From a virus (lineage: Duplodnaviria; Heunggongvirae; Uroviricota; Caudoviricetes; Crassvirales): a DNA stretch of 64,000 nt. Below the pieces are notes generated by a model. The model had not been told where the DNA came from. It saw only the letters and a program-made list of their open reading frames with translations, and searched no databases. Positions 46,799-57,003 of this stretch are shown here, piece after piece; within the stretch, counting starts at the first letter, position 1; the number at the start of each line of letters is the position of its first letter. Where the stretch lies: IMG/VR virus record IMGVR_UViG_2974789010_000001, positions 10,182-74,181 of that record. One strand, written 5' to 3'. Position numbers and translations under genes: made by a program.

Positions 46799-46843
46799 CA
46801 TTTGCTAGAGGAGAAACATTTCAGTATATAGATTAAGGGATAA

Positions 46844-46913
46844 TGCAGGTTGGTGTAAAGGCTAGCATTTGAGGCTCATAACCTCAAGATAGGGTTCGAG
46901 TCCCTGCCTGCCA
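46844..46913 (+). tRNA. tRNA with anticodon CAT (second Met/Ile2-type), approximate boundaries
   Basis: Anticodon arm TGAGG-CTCATAA-CCTCA, T-arm TAGGG-TTCGAGT-CCCTG. The acceptor pairing is imperfect: a CCTGCCTGCC duplication lies at the 3' end. Confidence 0.5.
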
Positions 46914-47113
46914 CTATTAGAAACTAAAAGCAATATAGCTATGGGAGAGAAAGAAGAAGTTAAAGCTACATATATGACAGCATTTGCTGAGAACAGCATT
47001 AGAGCTATTGTAGAAAGAGCTAATGAATTAGAGATTAAAAGAGAGAATATAGTGTCTCTTCTTAGTGAGAGAGGTCAGTATGTTCTAGTATATTACAAGT
47101 AAACTTAGAAAAC

Positions 47114-47371
47114 ATGGAAAGAGAAATGGGAGAAGTGTTAGTTGCAGGACCTGAAATTCTAAAGAATTTGATTATCTTTGAAGCTGTAACTAAGTATAAG
47201 TCAGTTGCAAGAGCAATGAGAAGAGGTGATGTAACTAAGTTTGGTACTCTTGTACCTAAGAGACCTTTTAATAACAGAGCTAATACCTCTACTAGAAAAG
47301 GTACTCACAGTAGAGTAATGAATGAGACTAAGAAGAATATTTATGGAAGACTTACAGGACAAGCAATCTGA
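47114..47371 (+). CDS. Hypothetical small basic protein
   Basis: 85-aa ORF. Confidence 0.4.
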   Translation: MEREMGEVLVAGPEILKNLIIFEAVTKYKSVARAMRRGDVTKFGTLVPKRPFNNRANTSTRKGTHSRVMNETKKNIYGRLTGQAI

Positions 47372-47549
47372 TTATAACAATGAACCTGTAGAATACTGCA
47401 CACATTGTTTATCTCTTGCAATAAGAGATGTAAATGGTCAACCATACTGTGATAAGTGTGGCTGCACTAAAACAGCCAAAACAGATATACATACATGGGA
47501 GAAGAAGTATGGAACTGTATATGGTGGTAGTTATGTAACTAAGAAATAA
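47322..47549 (+). CDS. Small zinc-ribbon protein
   Basis: CTHC...CDKCGC. Confidence 0.4.
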   Translation: MRLRRIFMEDLQDKQSDYNNEPVEYCTHCLSLAIRDVNGQPYCDKCGCTKTAKTDIHTWEKKYGTVYGGSYVTKK

Positions 47550-47556
47550 GAGTAGA

Positions 47557-47877
47557 ATGGAAAAAGAATTAAAGATTGAAGGTACTTGCACTACTGGTGG
47601 TTGCAAGCAAGATGCTCCTCAAGAGTTAACTAGAGAGCAGTTAGTTGGTATGTTGCACCAAATGTCTGAACAAGACAGAAAGTTGTTTGAAGAGAATAAG
47701 CAATTGAGAGGTGTTATTGAGGAAATGAATATGACTAATCTATTCAAGAGATTAGATTATCTATTCAAAGTAATCACAGAAGATAACAAGTATCTTACTA
47801 CTGAGTTCAAGAGTAAATGTGCTCAAGAGATTGAGTTCTTAATGACTCAACCAGAACAAGAAACACCAGAAGAATAA
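47557..47877 (+). CDS. Hypothetical protein
   Basis: 106-aa ORF. Confidence 0.4.
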   Translation: MEKELKIEGTCTTGGCKQDAPQELTREQLVGMLHQMSEQDRKLFEENKQLRGVIEEMNMTNLFKRLDYLFKVITEDNKYLTTEFKSKCAQEIEFLMTQPEQETPEE

Positions 47878-47888
47878 GGAGTATAACT

Positions 47889-48269
47889 ATGGAAGTGGCT
47901 GTTAATAATGTAATTAGGATACCCACTTCACTAAAGAAGTTCTTTAGATACTGGTTTGAATTCTTAAAGCCTTTTCACAAGTTAACTGATAGAGAGATTG
48001 ATGTAATCACTGCCTTTACTTATGAAAGATACCTACTCAGTAAAGTAATATCAGACTCTGATATACTTGATAAAGTAGTAATGTCAGAAGATACAAAGAA
48101 GAAAGTAAGAGAAGAGAGTAACATAACTCTTGCTCACTTTCAAGTGATTATGGGAAAGCTGAGAAGGAACAAAGTCATCATAGATAATAGGATAAATCCA
48201 AGGTTCATACCTAATATCACTGATGAAAATGGTTCATTTAAACTAATGCTTTTATTTGATATTCAATGA
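47889..48269 (+). CDS. Hypothetical protein
   Basis: 126-aa ORF. Confidence 0.4.
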   Translation: MEVAVNNVIRIPTSLKKFFRYWFEFLKPFHKLTDREIDVITAFTYERYLLSKVISDSDILDKVVMSEDTKKKVREESNITLAHFQVIMGKLRRNKVIIDNRINPRFIPNITDENGSFKLMLLFDIQ

Positions 48270-48544
48270 GTTATCAAGAGATATTAAAGAGAGTATCTGA
48301 GGAGCTGAACCTTCCTTTGGAAGTAGTGAAGGAGGCTTATGAGTCCTATTGGTTATTTATAAGGCAGTCTATTACAGACTTACCTTTGAGAGAAGACTTG
48401 AGTGAAGAGGACTTTAACAAGTTAAGAAGTAACTTTAACATACCTTCCCTAGGCAAACTTACTTGCACTTATGAAAGGATGAAAGGAGTTAAAGAAAGAT
48501 TTAAGTACATAAATAGAATAAGAAATGGAAGATTGGAAAGTTAG
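48266..48544 (+). CDS. Hypothetical protein
   Basis: 92-aa ORF with a 4-nt overlap to the previous gene. Confidence 0.4.
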   Translation: MSYQEILKRVSEELNLPLEVVKEAYESYWLFIRQSITDLPLREDLSEEDFNKLRSNFNIPSLGKLTCTYERMKGVKERFKYINRIRNGRLES

Positions 48545-48734
48545 ATTAGTAGAGGAGTATAAACAACTTCTTGAGAGAATGGAGAAGCTAAGTATAGCTT
48601 TGAGTAAAGAAGAGTTCTATGAGAAAGTTGGCAGAGTTCAGCATTTCTATATGGTATCTCAGTACACTGGAATGAGAATTTATAAGGAGGCTCTTGAAGA
48701 TAGACTGAAAGATTTAGGAATAAAAGTGGAATAA
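48525..48734 (+). CDS. Hypothetical small protein
   Basis: 69-aa ORF. Confidence 0.35.
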   Translation: MEDWKVRLVEEYKQLLERMEKLSIALSKEEFYEKVGRVQHFYMVSQYTGMRIYKEALEDRLKDLGIKVE

Positions 48735-48737
48735 GAA

Positions 48738-49202
48738 ATGAAAGTAATAAAGAAAGTTAGACCTCAGTTCACTGGTTTGATTACAACCATGAACATGTTT
48801 GAGGAAAAGGATATGTATATCAAAGGAACTAGCTTAATTGATGGAAGAAAGATTAAGAAATCAATTGATGAGTTCCAGACAGTAGTAGCTGTAGGGCCAC
48901 ATGTGAATGGTATTCAAGTAGGTGATTTAGTACATATTGACCCTACAAGATTTATGAAACCTGTACAAGTTAAGAAGCCTAATCAGCCAGACTCATTAAA
49001 GACTGGTATGGAGGAATACTCATCAGAGATGAGGTATCAATTTGATGTCATTGAACTTGATGGTAAGCCTTACTTGAAGTTACAAGACAGAGATGTCGAT
49101 TATGTAGTTGAGGAATATGAAGAAGTTGAAGACTTTGACCCAAATCCTACAATTGTTACTGAGGAACACCTTAAGGGTAAACCCAGACTTGAATTAAACT
49201 AA
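48738..49202 (+). CDS. Possible GroES/gp31-like co-chaperonin
   Basis: N-terminal VRPQF, then a VAVGP...GIQVGDLV pattern reminiscent of GroES (VLAVGNG...VKVGDIV). Weak. Confidence 0.3.
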   Translation: MKVIKKVRPQFTGLITTMNMFEEKDMYIKGTSLIDGRKIKKSIDEFQTVVAVGPHVNGIQVGDLVHIDPTRFMKPVQVKKPNQPDSLKTGMEEYSSEMRYQFDVIELDGKPYLKLQDRDVDYVVEEYEEVEDFDPNPTIVTEEHLKGKPRLELN

Positions 49203-49204
49203 TA

Positions 49205-49240
49205 ACAAGCCTAGCCTAATGAATAGGCTGGGCTTTTTTA
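49205..49240 (+). terminator. Rho-independent terminator
   Basis: AGCCTAGCC-taatgaat-AGGCTGGGCT followed by TTTTTT. Confidence 0.7.
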
Positions 49241-49252
49241 ATTTATATACCT

Positions 49253-49801
49253 ATGAGATTAATGAAATTTGAAGGCTATACTCTTACTATAGAGCCAGAG
49301 GCTCTTGTTATAAAGAGTATTAGAACTTTATGGAATAGAGATAAGACCCAAAGCAAGGAAAGAGCACTAGCTGAGTTAGGCTATATCTACTTTATGGTTG
49401 ACCCTAGAAGTACTTATTCTTACTTGACTGACTTAGCTGATAGGTCAGAGAAGATAGTACTTGAGGAAGGTTTACCTAAGAATTGGAAACCTGATAAGAT
49501 AGTACAAGAAGCGATGAAGTCTTATGGAGACTCAGTAATTACTACATCATCTCTTCTATTAGAAGACACTAGAGTAGCAGTTGATAAGTTAAGGAAATAT
49601 TTAAGAGATATAGACCTTACTGCTGAGGATGATAAGAATAAGCCTAAATACCCCCTTAACACTGTAACTTCCTCTATTAAGTTAGTTCCCTCATTAGCTG
49701 AGGACTTAATGAAAGCTGAAAGAATAGTAGCTCAAGAGATAGTAGAAAGTAACAAGATGAGAGGTCAGAAAGAAAAGACTATATTGGAGGATGGGCTTTA
49801 G
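49253..49801 (+). CDS. Hypothetical protein
   Basis: 182-aa ORF. Confidence 0.45.
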   Translation: MRLMKFEGYTLTIEPEALVIKSIRTLWNRDKTQSKERALAELGYIYFMVDPRSTYSYLTDLADRSEKIVLEEGLPKNWKPDKIVQEAMKSYGDSVITTSSLLLEDTRVAVDKLRKYLRDIDLTAEDDKNKPKYPLNTVTSSIKLVPSLAEDLMKAERIVAQEIVESNKMRGQKEKTILEDGL

Positions 49802-49825
49802 TAACTAACTGTAAATTAAGCAATT

Positions 49826-50509
49826 ATGGAATTAAAATTTATAGTATATGAGCATGTTAATCTTTTTAATAATAAGAGATACATAGGAATTACCTCTCAA
49901 ATACCTGAGGTTAGATGGCAGAGAGGTAGTGGTTATAGAGAGAATACTATATTCTTTAGGGCTATTAAGAAATATGGGTGGGATAATTTTGAGCATAACA
50001 TATTATATGAAGGTTTGTCAAATAGAGAAGCTCTAGAGATAGAAAGTACCCTGATTAAGAAGTATAAAAGCCTAGGAGTCAGTTATAATATATCTGATGG
50101 GTATGAAGAATTAGGTATTTCTAAAAGAATACCTATAATAGTATATGACACAGGTGGAAATTATGTAGGAGCATATATTTCAATTCATAAAGCAAGTATA
50201 GAATTAGGTATACCCGAAACTAATATAACTATGGCTTTAAGTAATAAGTATAATATAACTCAAGCAAAAGGATATGTATTTCTTAAAGAAGGTGATAATA
50301 TATTAGATAAATTAGATAAAGTAAATAAAAGACATTCTTCTGCTAGAAGGCCAGTGATTCAATTAACTAAAAATGGACAGATATTAGCTGAGTTTAATAG
50401 TGTATCTGATGCAGCTAACAGTCTAGGTTGTGGTACAGGCTCAATATCAAATTGCCTAAAAGGTAGATATAAAACAGCAGCGGGATATAAATGGAGATAT
50501 AAGGTATGA
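49826..50509 (+). CDS. GIY-YIG homing endonuclease (free-standing), upstream of terL
   Basis: FIVYEHVNLFNNKRYIGIT...R...E...NISDG. C-terminal KTAAGYKWRYK NUMOD-like tail. Confidence 0.75.
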   Translation: MELKFIVYEHVNLFNNKRYIGITSQIPEVRWQRGSGYRENTIFFRAIKKYGWDNFEHNILYEGLSNREALEIESTLIKKYKSLGVSYNISDGYEELGISKRIPIIVYDTGGNYVGAYISIHKASIELGIPETNITMALSNKYNITQAKGYVFLKEGDNILDKLDKVNKRHSSARRPVIQLTKNGQILAEFNSVSDAANSLGCGTGSISNCLKGRYKTAAGYKWRYKV

Positions 50510-50853
50510 GAATAGAAGATGTAGTAGAATCACTAAATCAGTATATAGAGGATATTAGAAAATCTAAGCTCCTAGAAGCTAAATCCTTTCTAGTACTGAA
50601 AAGACACATAGAACCTTCTGAGCATTTTAAAGCTTATAAGGTTGCAATAGTAGAGATATTTGTAGTCAATGGACCAACAAACTATATATTAACTACTCAT
50701 AGTTATCAAGGTAGATTAGTATCTTCTCAAGAAGAAGAGGTACTTTTAGACCTTGAAAGACAAGTAGTTAAAACACTGTTTGGAATAGTAAACACTGATA
50801 TATTTGATAAAATAGTAAAGGGAGAATACAATGAAGATACTATTGGAAACTAA
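50506..50853 (+). CDS. Hypothetical protein
   Basis: 115-aa ORF overlapping terL. Confidence 0.4.
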   Translation: MRIEDVVESLNQYIEDIRKSKLLEAKSFLVLKRHIEPSEHFKAYKVAIVEIFVVNGPTNYILTTHSYQGRLVSSQEEEVLLDLERQVVKTLFGIVNTDIFDKIVKGEYNEDTIGN

Positions 50854-53131
50854 TGAATTCCAAACACCAATCACTGATGAGTTACTTGAAAGATACCCTA
50901 AAGAAGTTCAAGAGCAATTCTTTGATTATGTGAATAATGTGGAGTTTATTAAAAGACTAATATCTCCTAAGAGGAAAAGAGCTAAAGATATGCCTAAGGA
51001 TGCTGATGGTAAAATAATTGTAGATTTACTTAACCCCCATATCCTTGAGGATATGGACTACTTTAGAGAGACAGCTTTACATAAGAAAAAGACTGGTAAA
51101 TATACTGACCTTAGACCTAATGGTAATCCTAATTCAGACTATATGAAGTGGTTGAGAAGAGAAACTCAAAGGTGTTGGTATGGTATGGTTAGACCTTCTG
51201 ATGGTGAATGGATTACAGGTGATATGTATTTCTATTTGAATTACATGCCTATTGAACTTACTGAGAAGATTGAAGGTCAGAAGAAAGCTGTAAACAGAGT
51301 AACATCTACTCCTAAAGCATGGGAGGGTGCATATCTGTGGTTCCATTATGTACATCAAGCAAGATATGGTGGATTATATGATTGGGATGGGGGTAAAGAT
51401 GCTATTCAGATAGCTACTAGAGGTGCTTCAAAGTCATTCTCTTGTGCTTCTATGTTAGGTAAAGATTTCATAGTTGGTGAGAATGAAAACTATAATAAGA
51501 AGGTAAATGCTTTCATATTGGCTGCTGAGAAAGGTACTCTTAGTGATAAGGATGGTACTCTAAAGAAGTTTGAAGCATGTGCTGACTTGAATGCAGAGTT
51601 AATGCAGTGGCCAGCTAGAAGACTATACTCTTCACTTGATAAGATGACTTGGGAAATGGGTTATCTTGATGCTGAAACTGGGCTTAAGAAAGGAACTAGA
51701 AATAGTGTATTCGGAGTAACAACTAATGATAACCCAGAGAAGGCTAGAGGTAGTAGAGCAGCTAGAATTATATATGAAGAGATAGGTAAGTTCCCTAAGT
51801 TTCAAGTGGCTTGGACTACTAATGAACCTTCTGTTAGAGAAGGTAAAGAGACATGGGGTCAGCAAATAGGTATTGGTACTGGAGGTTCAGAAGGTTCTAA
51901 CTTCTATGGTATTCTACAGATGCTTTATAATCCAAGAGGTTACAACATCTATGCACTGCCTAATATCTATGACAAGAATGCTAATGGCAAAGGTGAGACT
52001 GTATTCTTCTTTGGAGCTTACTTAAATAGAGGTGGTTTCTATAATGAAAATGGAGTATCAGATGTAGTAGCTACTATACTTGATATTCTGATGAAGAGAT
52101 ATACAGTTAAGTATAACTCTACTGACCCTGCCAGACTAACTCAGGTAGTAGCTGAGAGACCTTTGACTATTCAAGAAGCTATTATGAGAAAGGAATCTTC
52201 TCTCTTCCCTGCTGCACAGTTAAGTGACAGGAAGAATGAGCTTGATGCTAATCCTAATATCTATGATGATGTTTATACAGGTAGAATGGTAATTAAGAAT
52301 GGTAAGCCAGACTTTGTACCATCAGATGTGAATGTTATTAGAGAATTCCCACATAAGGATAATAAGCTTGAAGGAGGTATAGAGATATTCCAGCTACCTA
52401 AGAAAGACAGTAGTGGCAATGTTCCTTATAATAGGTATATTGCAGGTACTGACCCTGTAGATGATGATGATGCTAAAGAATCTCTATCACTTCAATCTAC
52501 TTTCATATTAGACCTATGGACTGATGAAATAGTAGCTGAGTACACTGGTAGACCTACATTTGCTGATGATTATTATGAGCAATTGAGATTACTTCTAATG
52601 TTCTATAATGCAAGAGATAACTATGAAAACAACAAGAAAGGTTTGTTTGCATACTTCAATAGAATGAACTCTTTGTATTTACTTAGTGACAGATTGGAGT
52701 ACTTGAAGGATAAAGAGATAACAAAGGTGCCTGGAGTTGGTAATAACAGTAAGGGTTACACAGCTAATAAGTTTATCAATAGTTATGGTAGGTTGTTATA
52801 TAGAAACTGGTTACTTACACCTGTTCCTATTATACAAATAGTAGATGGCGAACAGACTGAAATGATGGTTCCAAGACTATATACCATGAAGAGTAGAGCA
52901 CTCATTCAAGAGTCTATTCAATGGGAATCTTTAGGTAACTATGATAGAGTTTCAGCTATGACTGCCCTAATGTTATACAGAGAATTCATGGTTATACAAT
53001 ATCAAGGAGACTTTAGCCAAGAGAGAGTTGAGGCTAATGATAAGACCTATCTTGGTAATGATAAGTTCTTTTCAGATAACTATGATAATAGAGTGTATAG
53101 AGGTTCACAGTGGGCTGTGAGGGGGCAGTAA
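50831..53131 (+). CDS. terL: Terminase large subunit
   Basis: ATPase-like ATRGASKSFSCASML region and the nuclease motif IAGTDPVDDDDAKESLSLQSTFILD. 766 aa. Confidence 0.65.
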   Translation: MKILLETNEFQTPITDELLERYPKEVQEQFFDYVNNVEFIKRLISPKRKRAKDMPKDADGKIIVDLLNPHILEDMDYFRETALHKKKTGKYTDLRPNGNPNSDYMKWLRRETQRCWYGMVRPSDGEWITGDMYFYLNYMPIELTEKIEGQKKAVNRVTSTPKAWEGAYLWFHYVHQARYGGLYDWDGGKDAIQIATRGASKSFSCASMLGKDFIVGENENYNKKVNAFILAAEKGTLSDKDGTLKKFEACADLNAELMQWPARRLYSSLDKMTWEMGYLDAETGLKKGTRNSVFGVTTNDNPEKARGSRAARIIYEEIGKFPKFQVAWTTNEPSVREGKETWGQQIGIGTGGSEGSNFYGILQMLYNPRGYNIYALPNIYDKNANGKGETVFFFGAYLNRGGFYNENGVSDVVATILDILMKRYTVKYNSTDPARLTQVVAERPLTIQEAIMRKESSLFPAAQLSDRKNELDANPNIYDDVYTGRMVIKNGKPDFVPSDVNVIREFPHKDNKLEGGIEIFQLPKKDSSGNVPYNRYIAGTDPVDDDDAKESLSLQSTFILDLWTDEIVAEYTGRPTFADDYYEQLRLLLMFYNARDNYENNKKGLFAYFNRMNSLYLLSDRLEYLKDKEITKVPGVGNNSKGYTANKFINSYGRLLYRNWLLTPVPIIQIVDGEQTEMMVPRLYTMKSRALIQESIQWESLGNYDRVSAMTALMLYREFMVIQYQGDFSQERVEANDKTYLGNDKFFSDNYDNRVYRGSQWAVRGQ

Positions 53132-53159
53132 ATTTAGTAAAGAATGTAGGTAAGTCTAA

Positions 53160-53198
53160 ATAATCCACTTATACTATTGCATGAGTGGATTATTTTAC
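53160..53198 (+). terminator. Terminator hairpin after terL
   Basis: TAATCCACT-tatactattgcatg-AGTGGATTA followed by TTTTAC. Overlaps the next promoter motif. Confidence 0.5.
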
Positions 53199-53211
53199 TT
53201 ACTTTTGCAAG
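53192..53211 (+). promoter_or_regulatory. Promoter-like motif ATTTTACTTACTTTTGCAAG
   Basis: Recurring motif about 20 nt upstream of the ATG at 53231. Confidence 0.55.
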
Positions 53212-53230
53212 TGTTTAATGAAAGGTAATT

Positions 53231-53953
53231 ATGGAAGAAGAGAAGTATATAGTATATCTCCATGTTAATAAGATTAATGGAAAGATATATGTAGGAATAA
53301 CACACTATACTAATCCTGAATTAAGGTGGAGGTGTGGCTATAAGAACAATCCACATTTTACTGCTGCTATAAGTAAGTATAGTTGGAGTAACTTTGAACA
53401 TATAATTCTATTCAAGGATTTACCTAAAGAGGTAGCTTGTAGAGAAGAACAGCTACTTATTAAAAGATATAGGAAGAAAGGGAAATGCTATAATATATCT
53501 GATGGTGGAGAGGCTACTACTCAAACTAAAAGTATTAGAGATAAGATTTCTAAAGCACTCAAAGGTAAACCTAAGTCAGAAGAACATAAAAGAAAGTGTA
53601 GTATAGCAGCACTGGGAAAACATTGGAGCAAGAATAAAGAAGCAGTATTACAGTCTGTAAGTACTAGAAAAGCAAAAGGAGGCTATAAAACTCCTACTTG
53701 GTTAGGGAAATATGATAAGTCTGGAAGTAATAATCCATTCTATGGTAAAAAACACTCAGAGGACTCTTTAGCTAAGAAGTACAAAGCTGTCCTGCAATTA
53801 GATATACATAATAAATACATACAAGAATATAAATCAATCAAAGAGGCTGCTGATACAGTTGGTATATCAAAAACTCATCTAGTGGCTGCTCTAAAGGGCA
53901 GGTCTAAAACAGCAGCAGGATTTATATGGAAATATAAGGAGGACAATATATGA
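53231..53953 (+). CDS. GIY-YIG homing endonuclease between terL and the portal gene
   Basis: YIVYLHVNKINGKIYVGIT...NISDGGE. C-terminal KTAAGFIWKYKE tail. Confidence 0.75.
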   Translation: MEEEKYIVYLHVNKINGKIYVGITHYTNPELRWRCGYKNNPHFTAAISKYSWSNFEHIILFKDLPKEVACREEQLLIKRYRKKGKCYNISDGGEATTQTKSIRDKISKALKGKPKSEEHKRKCSIAALGKHWSKNKEAVLQSVSTRKAKGGYKTPTWLGKYDKSGSNNPFYGKKHSEDSLAKKYKAVLQLDIHNKYIQEYKSIKEAADTVGISKTHLVAALKGRSKTAAGFIWKYKEDNI

Positions 53954-56364
53954 ACATCGAATTTGCCAATTTCCCTCGACAAATGTTGCCATACTCTCAG
54001 AAAACTAAAAAGTGGCGCAAAGACTGCGTGTTGTGGGGGAATAATAAGACATTTTTTAATTACTCATTAGTTAGGAAGTCAGTCATACATAAGCAAATAA
54101 ACTATAACTTGCTTCGTGGGAAATTAAATATGCAAGATATGCAACTAATATTGAATCCTGATGATTTGAAAGCTGGGTTTATTCCTGATAGGATACAACA
54201 TTATCCAATTATGCAGTCCAAATTAAACCTTCTTAGAGGTGAAGAAAGTAAGAGAGTGTTTGACTTTAGAGTAGTTGTAACTAATCCTTTAGCTATCTCA
54301 GAAATAGAGAACAATAAGAAGAATGAGTTATTACAGAGACTTCAAGAAGAGATAAGTGATACTTCACAAAGTGAAGATGAATTCAATGAAAAGCTTGAGA
54401 AGATTAATGACTACTATACCTATGAATGGCAAGACCTTAAGGAGATAAGAGCTAATGCACTTCTTAATCATTATATCAAGGAATATGATATTCCTCTTAT
54501 GTTTAATGAAGGGTTTATGGATGCTATGGCAGTAGGTGAAGAGATATATCAATGTGATATAGTAGGAGGTGAGCCTGTACTTGAGAGATTAAACCCTCTT
54601 AAAGTAAGAATCTTCAAATCTGGTTATAGCAATAGAATAGAAGATGCTGATATTATTATTCTTGAAGATTACTGGAGTCCAGGGAGAGTTATTGATACTT
54701 ATTATGATGTCCTTACAGCTAAGGACATTAAGTATATTGAAACTCTACCAGACCATATAGGTCAGAATACAGTAGATAGCATGGATAATATTGATGAGAG
54801 ATATGGCTTTGTTAATGCTAATATGATTGGTGATGAAGTCACTGCATCAGATGGCTTTTACTTTGACCCTGCTAACTTATTCCCTGAAAGTGTAGGTACT
54901 TCTTTACTTCCTTATGATTTAGCTGGTAACTTAAGAGTACTTAGAGTATATTGGAAGAGTAAGAGAAAGATTAAGAAAGTTAAGTCATATAATCCACAAA
55001 CAGGTGAAGAAGAGTTTAACTTCTATCCAGAAGATTATGTGATTAACAAGGCCAGAGGTGAAGAAGAATACTCAATGTGGATTAATGAAGCATGGGAAGG
55101 AACTATGATTGGTAATGAGATATTTGTTAATATGAGACCAAGATTAGTTCAATATAACAGACTCTCTAATCCATCAAGATGCCACTTTGGTATTGTAGGT
55201 TCAATCTATAACTTAAATCAAGGAAGACCTTTCAGTTTAGTAGATATGATGAAACCTTATAACTATCTGTATGATGCAATTCATGATAGATTGAACAAGG
55301 CTATAGCTAATAACTGGGGTGCTTTAGTGAGGATGGATTTAGCTAAGGTTCCTAAAGGTTGGGAAGTAGATAAATGGATGTATTATGCTAAAGTAAACCA
55401 CATACTTGTAGAAGACTCTTTTAAAGAAGGTAACTATGGTGCTGCTGCTGGTAAGCTAGCAGGGGCTATGAACAATGCTTCAACAGGTGGTATTAACTTA
55501 GACCAAGGTAATTACATTCAGCAATTAGTCAATCTTCTTGAGTTTATCAAGATGGAAATGGCAGAAGTTGCAGGTATTACTAAGCAAAGAGAAGGTCAGA
55601 TTAGCAATAGAGAAACAGTAGGTGGAGTTGAAAGAGGTAATCTACAGTCATCACATATTACTGAATGGTTATTCATTCAACATGATGATGTCAAGAAGAG
55701 AACTCTTGAGTGTCTCCTTGAAACAGCTAAGATAGCTCTTAAAGGCAGGTCAACCAAGTTCCAATACATACTATCAGATACATCAACTAGAATAATGGAG
55801 ATTGATGGTGATGAGTTTGCAGAAGCAGACTATGGTTTGGTAGTAGATAATAGTAATGGAACTCAAGAGTTAAATGCTAAGCTTGATACTTTAGCTCAAG
55901 CTGCCTTACAGACACAGACTTTATCCTTCTCCACTATCACTAAGCTCTACACTTCAAGTAGCTTAGCTGAAAAGCAGAGATTGATAGAGAGAGATGAACA
56001 GCAAATTAGAGAAAGACAACAACAAGCTCAACAAGAACAGTTACAGGCTCAACAGAACATAGCTCAAGCTCAGATGCAACAGAAACAAGCTGAAATGCAA
56101 TTGAAAGATACTATGAATGTTAGAGATAATGAAACTGCAATTCTAATAGCTCAAATGGGTAAATATGCTAATGAGGAGACTAGTGAAGATGTTGAGTTCA
56201 GTGAGGAAGCTAAAGCTAATTTATTGCAAAAGATGGAAGAGTTTGATGCTAAACTAGCTTTAGATAAAGCTAAACTTGCTTTTGAAAAGCAAAAGCATAG
56301 AGAGGATAATCAGCTAAAGGATAAAATTAGTTTGAGGCAATCTAGAAAGAAATCAAATGAATAA
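53950..56364 (+). CDS. Putative portal protein
   Basis: 804-aa protein immediately following terL (separated only by the GIY-YIG insert). Gln-rich coiled-coil C-terminus. Call is by position and size only. Confidence 0.45.
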   Translation: MNIEFANFPRQMLPYSQKTKKWRKDCVLWGNNKTFFNYSLVRKSVIHKQINYNLLRGKLNMQDMQLILNPDDLKAGFIPDRIQHYPIMQSKLNLLRGEESKRVFDFRVVVTNPLAISEIENNKKNELLQRLQEEISDTSQSEDEFNEKLEKINDYYTYEWQDLKEIRANALLNHYIKEYDIPLMFNEGFMDAMAVGEEIYQCDIVGGEPVLERLNPLKVRIFKSGYSNRIEDADIIILEDYWSPGRVIDTYYDVLTAKDIKYIETLPDHIGQNTVDSMDNIDERYGFVNANMIGDEVTASDGFYFDPANLFPESVGTSLLPYDLAGNLRVLRVYWKSKRKIKKVKSYNPQTGEEEFNFYPEDYVINKARGEEEYSMWINEAWEGTMIGNEIFVNMRPRLVQYNRLSNPSRCHFGIVGSIYNLNQGRPFSLVDMMKPYNYLYDAIHDRLNKAIANNWGALVRMDLAKVPKGWEVDKWMYYAKVNHILVEDSFKEGNYGAAAGKLAGAMNNASTGGINLDQGNYIQQLVNLLEFIKMEMAEVAGITKQREGQISNRETVGGVERGNLQSSHITEWLFIQHDDVKKRTLECLLETAKIALKGRSTKFQYILSDTSTRIMEIDGDEFAEADYGLVVDNSNGTQELNAKLDTLAQAALQTQTLSFSTITKLYTSSSLAEKQRLIERDEQQIRERQQQAQQEQLQAQQNIAQAQMQQKQAEMQLKDTMNVRDNETAILIAQMGKYANEETSEDVEFSEEAKANLLQKMEEFDAKLALDKAKLAFEKQKHREDNQLKDKISLRQSRKKSNE

Positions 56365-56980
56365 TTATTGTGTATATAAACATACTTCTCCATCAGGAAA
56401 AGTATATGTAGGTATTACTAAATTAAAACCTAAATATAGGTGGAATAATGGTAAAGGATATACAAGAACTGATGAACAGATATTATTTAAGAGAGCTATT
56501 ATTAAATATGGTTGGGACAACTTTACTCATACAATAATACTAGATAATGTATCAGAACTAGAAGCTAAATATACTGAAAGGTACTTAATTAGATGGTATA
56601 AAATACATAACTTATCTTATAACATAACTGATGGAGGTGATGGAGCTTTAGGAGCTGGGCATACTCATACTGGATGGCATCATTCTACTGAATCTAAAAG
56701 AAAGATGTCTGAAAGTAGAAAAGGTATTCTTTCAGGAATAAATAACCCAATGTTTGGTAGACATGAAACTAATCCTACTTTTGGGAAGTTTGGGAAAAAC
56801 CATCCTGCCAGTAAAATGGTTAAGCAATATACTAAAGAAGATATCTTTGTAAGATATTGGGATTGTATTTCAGACGTAGAAAGAGAATTGAATATAAAAG
56901 TAACACATATAACTGCTTGCTGTAATGGTAGGCAAAAGACAGCAGGAGGTTATATTTGGAAGAGAGAAACAAATAAATAA
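56357..56980 (+). CDS. GIY-YIG homing endonuclease
   Basis: CVYKHTSPSGKVYVGIT...NITDGGDG. C-terminal KTAGGYIWKRE tail. Confidence 0.75.
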   Translation: MNNYCVYKHTSPSGKVYVGITKLKPKYRWNNGKGYTRTDEQILFKRAIIKYGWDNFTHTIILDNVSELEAKYTERYLIRWYKIHNLSYNITDGGDGALGAGHTHTGWHHSTESKRKMSESRKGILSGINNPMFGRHETNPTFGKFGKNHPASKMVKQYTKEDIFVRYWDCISDVERELNIKVTHITACCNGRQKTAGGYIWKRETNK

Positions 56981-57003
56981 GAAACCAAATAATACTAAGT
57001 AAT

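Noticed and set aside
42190-46920. Stop-codon reassignment with suppressor tRNAs (as in some crAss-like phages)
   Set aside because: No tRNA with a CTA, TCA or TTA anticodon was found, and long genes (polymerase, terL, portal, tail fibres) are uninterrupted under the standard code.
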